Below, one piece after another: positions 61,614 to 64,000 of a stretch of 64,000 bases of DNA. The notes below the pieces were generated by a model that did no database searches, was not told the origin of the DNA, and saw only the letters and a list, made by a program, of their open reading frames with translations. Both the position numbers and the translations under genes were made by a program. The stretch comes from Deltaproteobacteria bacterium (lineage in GTDB: Bacteria > Myxococcota_A > UBA9160 > UBA4427), in NCBI GenBank assembly GCA_019310385.1, contig JAFDEK010000004.1, positions 476-64,475 on the forward strand, in the 5' to 3' direction. How positions within the stretch are numbered: position 1 is the first letter of the stretch; each line of letters begins with the position of its first letter.

Positions 61614-61645
61614 ATCGTGCTTCGGTGACATCGTGCTTCGGTGAG
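61614..61645 (+). repeat. 16-bp tandem duplication CATCGTGCTTCGGTGA x2 upstream of the NtrC-type regulator
   Basis: Two perfect adjacent copies lie in the gshB/regulator intergenic region. Confidence 0.85.
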
Positions 61646-61746
61646 AAGACCAGTGAGTCGTAGCGCCCGCTCCGAACAGATCCCCAGCGTGATTGCCGTG
61701 CAGTCGTGCACCCTGGCAGCCAGCTCGCGGGTCGCACGAGGCGCCC

Positions 61747-63237
61747 ATGACTGAAATCGAGGGTGCACGCAGGGAGGGTGCCGAAGCGCCCTACGGGATT
61801 CTCCTCGTCGACGACGAGGAGGCCATCCTCGAATCCCTCGAGCTCACCCTCGGAAGCGAATACCGCGTCTTCACGGCGGGCAGCGGTGCGGAAGGTCTGG
61901 AGATCTTCGAGCGCGAGGACATCGCCCTGGTGATCGCCGACCAGGTGATGCCGGGAATGACCGGCGTCGAGTTCCTCGAAGAGGTGATCGAGCGAAACCC
62001 GCGCCCGATCCGCATGATGCTCACCGGCTACGCGGACATCTCCTCGCTGATGCGCGCCATCAACTCCGGCCGCATCTACCGCTACGTGACCAAGCCCTGG
62101 GAGCCCGACGAGCTGCGCGTGGACGTGAAGCGCGCCCTCGACGCCTATGCGCTCAGCAGCGAGAACGTGCAGCTGGCGGGCGCCCTCGCAGAGGCGAACG
62201 AGCGGCTGCGAGCCGAGAACCTCTATCTGCGGCGCGAGGTGGAGCGCCGCTACTCCTTCGATGAGCTGATCGGCGACAGCCCCGCCATGCAGCGCGTCTT
62301 CGACGTCACCGAGAAGGTGGCGGAGACCGACGCCACCGTGCTCATCAGCGGCGAGACCGGGACTGGCAAGGAGCTCGTGGCGCGCGCGATCCACTACTCG
62401 GGCCCGCGCCGCGAGCGGCGCTTCGTCACCCAGAACTGCGGTGCGCTGCCCGACACCCTGCTCGAGAGCGAGCTCTTCGGCCACAAGCGCGGCGCCTTCA
62501 CGGGGGCCCACGCGGACAAGAAGGGGCTCTTCGAGGCCGCCGACCGCGGCACGATCTTCCTCGACGAGATCGGCGAGACCGAGCCAGGCATGCAGGTGCG
62601 GCTGCTGCGGGTGCTGCAGGACGGCGAGATCCGGCCCATCGGCTCCTCGGAGACCCGCAAGGTGGACGTGCGGGTCGTGACCGCCACCAATCGCGACCTG
62701 CGCAAGGAGGTCGAAGAGGGCCGCTTCCGTGAAGATCTCTTCTATCGGCTGCGAGTCGTCGAGATCGTGCTGCCTCCCCTGCGCGAGCGTCGTGGCGATA
62801 TCCCCGCCCTTGCCCACCACTTTCTGGACCGCTCCAACACGCGGATGAAGCGTGCCCTCCAGGGATTCACCAACGCCGCAATGGATCGGCTCTACGCCTA
62901 CGCGTGGAAGGGCAACGTGCGCGAGCTCGAGAACGAGATCGAGCGGACGGTCGCCCTGGCGGGCGGCGAGGAGCGAGTCGGAGTGGAGATGCTCTCCGAG
63001 GAGGTCCGCGGCTCTTCGGAGTACAGCGTCCCGCTCCAGGGTGAGCGCGGTGAGATCACCGACTGGGACCTCAACCGCTCCGTGGACGCGCTGAAGCGCG
63101 GCATGATCGTGGCGGCCCTGCGCGAGGCGGGCAGCAAGACCCGGGCCGCCGAGCGCCTCGGCATTCCGCGGCAGTCGCTGCAGAAGATGATGAAGCGGCT
63201 CAAGCTCACCGACGCCGACGTCGCGGCAGAGGGCTGA
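61747..63237 (+). CDS. sigma-54-dependent response regulator (receiver + AAA+ + Fis HTH)
   Basis: An internal ATG gives MTEIEG...ILLVDDE...D..MPGM.G. Walker [16 protein letters not shown]-terminal [17 protein letters not shown]. Confidence 0.9.
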   Translation: MTEIEGARREGAEAPYGILLVDDEEAILESLELTLGSEYRVFTAGSGAEGLEIFEREDIALVIADQVMPGMTGVEFLEEVIERNPRPIRMMLTGYADISSLMRAINSGRIYRYVTKPWEPDELRVDVKRALDAYALSSENVQLAGALAEANERLRAENLYLRREVERRYSFDELIGDSPAMQRVFDVTEKVAETDATVLISGETGTGKELVARAIHYSGPRRERRFVTQNCGALPDTLLESELFGHKRGAFTGAHADKKGLFEAADRGTIFLDEIGETEPGMQVRLLRVLQDGEIRPIGSSETRKVDVRVVTATNRDLRKEVEEGRFREDLFYRLRVVEIVLPPLRERRGDIPALAHHFLDRSNTRMKRALQGFTNAAMDRLYAYAWKGNVRELENEIERTVALAGGEERVGVEMLSEEVRGSSEYSVPLQGERGEITDWDLNRSVDALKRGMIVAALREAGSKTRAAERLGIPRQSLQKMMKRLKLTDADVAAEG

Positions 63238-63340
63238 CGCGGAGCCGAGCGTCGACGCGAGAGTAGTTTCGAAGTCGTCGCGGTGAAGATTCCGACAATT
63301 CGATCTCCCGCTTTCGCGGCGCCGGTGTTATGGTGGGGAC

Positions 63341-63868
63341 GTGGCGGGGATCCTGTATACGGCCGACTTCGAGAGTGCCATCGGCACCCTGCGCGTCGCG
63401 TCGTCCGACAAGGGTCTCGCCTATGTCGAGCTGCCCCGTGCCAACGGGCGCGGCCTCATGGGCTGGCACCAGCGCCACGGCGAAGGGGCGAGGTTGCAAG
63501 AGGGCTACGAGCCCAACCGACCCTTCATCGCGCAGCTCGTCGACTTCCTCGAGGGCAAGCGCGAGGACTTCGATCTTCCTCTCGATCTGCGCTGCACGCC
63601 CTTTCAGACCACTGTCTACGAAGAGCTTCTCCGCATCGCCTACGGTGAGACGCACTCCTACGCGGAGGTCGCTGCCGCGGTGGGGCGACCCAAGGCGGTG
63701 CGCGCCGTGGGGGCCGCGGCGGGCAGCAACCCCATCCCCATCGTGATTCCCTGCCACCGGGTCATCGCCAGCGGGGGCAAGCTGCAGGGCTACGCGGGCG
63801 GACTCCACACCAAGGCGAGGCTCCTCGCCATGGAACGCTCGGGGACGGGGAACGGGCAGCTCTGCTAG
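63341..63868 (+). CDS. ogt: methylated-DNA--protein-cysteine methyltransferase
   Basis: PIPIVIPCHRVI active site. ...YGETHSYAEVAAAVGRPKAVRAVG... Confidence 0.9.
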   Translation: MAGILYTADFESAIGTLRVASSDKGLAYVELPRANGRGLMGWHQRHGEGARLQEGYEPNRPFIAQLVDFLEGKREDFDLPLDLRCTPFQTTVYEELLRIAYGETHSYAEVAAAVGRPKAVRAVGAAAGSNPIPIVIPCHRVIASGGKLQGYAGGLHTKARLLAMERSGTGNGQLC

Positions 63869-63891
63869 CAGGCTGCTAGAGGCCGGCTTCT

Positions 63892-64000
63892 TCAGCGAGC
63901 CGAGACAGCAAGCCGCCGCCGTCTCCGGTCCAGCCACAAGAGCAGGCCGAGGTCTCCCAGCAGCGGAACGGCGTCACACAGGCCAGAATCGAGCTCGTGT
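63892..64000 (-). CDS. C-terminal fragment of a protein ending in a PEP-CTERM-like anchor (gene begins beyond window end)
   Basis: The minus strand reads ...HELDSGLCDAVPLLGDLGLLLWLDRRRRRLAVSAR-stop, a hydrophobic helix followed by an Arg cluster at the extreme C-terminus. Only 36 codons are visible. Confidence 0.25.
   Translation of the reverse strand, partial: HELDSGLCDAVPLLGDLGLLLWLDRRRRRLAVSAR

Noticed and set aside
61714-61728. A sigma-54-like TGGCAG-N5-TCGC upstream of the NtrC-type regulator.
   Set aside because: The -12 element would place the TSS only about 7 nt before the ATG at 61747 and inside the putative RBS. That is incompatible with normal initiation unless the start codon call is wrong.
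63206-63937. A 243-aa minus-strand ORF overlapping ogt.
   Set aside because: It is antisense to a gene with the unambiguous PCHRV methyltransferase active site, and its translation is low in complexity.
1-64000. Searched by eye for tRNA/rRNA/tmRNA/RNase P signatures (T-loop GGTTCGAAT, GAGGAAAGTCC and similar), integrases, transposases and phage genes.
   Set aside because: None were recognised. Absence is stated with the caveat that no covariance-model or HMM scan could be run.

Overview
This is a very GC-rich (roughly 68-70% by eye, not computed), gene-dense chromosomal segment. It comes from a diderm bacterium: PBP1A, a LolA-like protein, an AMIN-domain protein, GspA/GspB, a type IV pilin and a PEP-CTERM-like tail are present. 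The lineage cannot be fixed from this window; a high-GC environmental Myxococcota or delta-like group is plausible. I call about 60 CDS. Most are housekeeping, redox and lipid metabolism: ilvD, folP, gshB, ogt, acyP, four classical SDRs plus one NmrA-like protein, an acyl-CoA carboxyltransferase, an acyl-CoA synthetase and a DUF35-thiolase fusion. The rest are envelope functions and regulators: a RegB/RegA-like pair, a soluble histidine kinase, an NtrC-type activator, a TetR and a PilZ protein. I recognised no rRNA, tRNA, CRISPR, integrase or transposase. The most unusual signal is not a gene. It is a dispersed family of short tandem arrays at seven loci, with 15 copies of a 13-nt core GCGTATCCTCGCC. 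Each full unit (33 or 35 bp) also carries a 5-7 bp GC stem closed by a GNRA-type tetraloop. The stems show compensatory changes between loci, the intergenic arrays favour divergent promoter regions, and two arrays sit in frame inside coding sequence (gspA, gspB). Other leads are a candidate selenocysteine codon (in-frame TGA plus hairpin) in a MerP-like protein, an overlapping DUF99/Mut7-C nuclease-fold pair, a tandem Get3/ArsA-like ATPase module, a 155-bp nested palindrome, a 211-bp element bounded by inverted repeats, and a GMC oxidoreductase gene with no canonical start codon. All family assignments are motif recognition by eye from the translated ORFs. No database search or structure computation was run.
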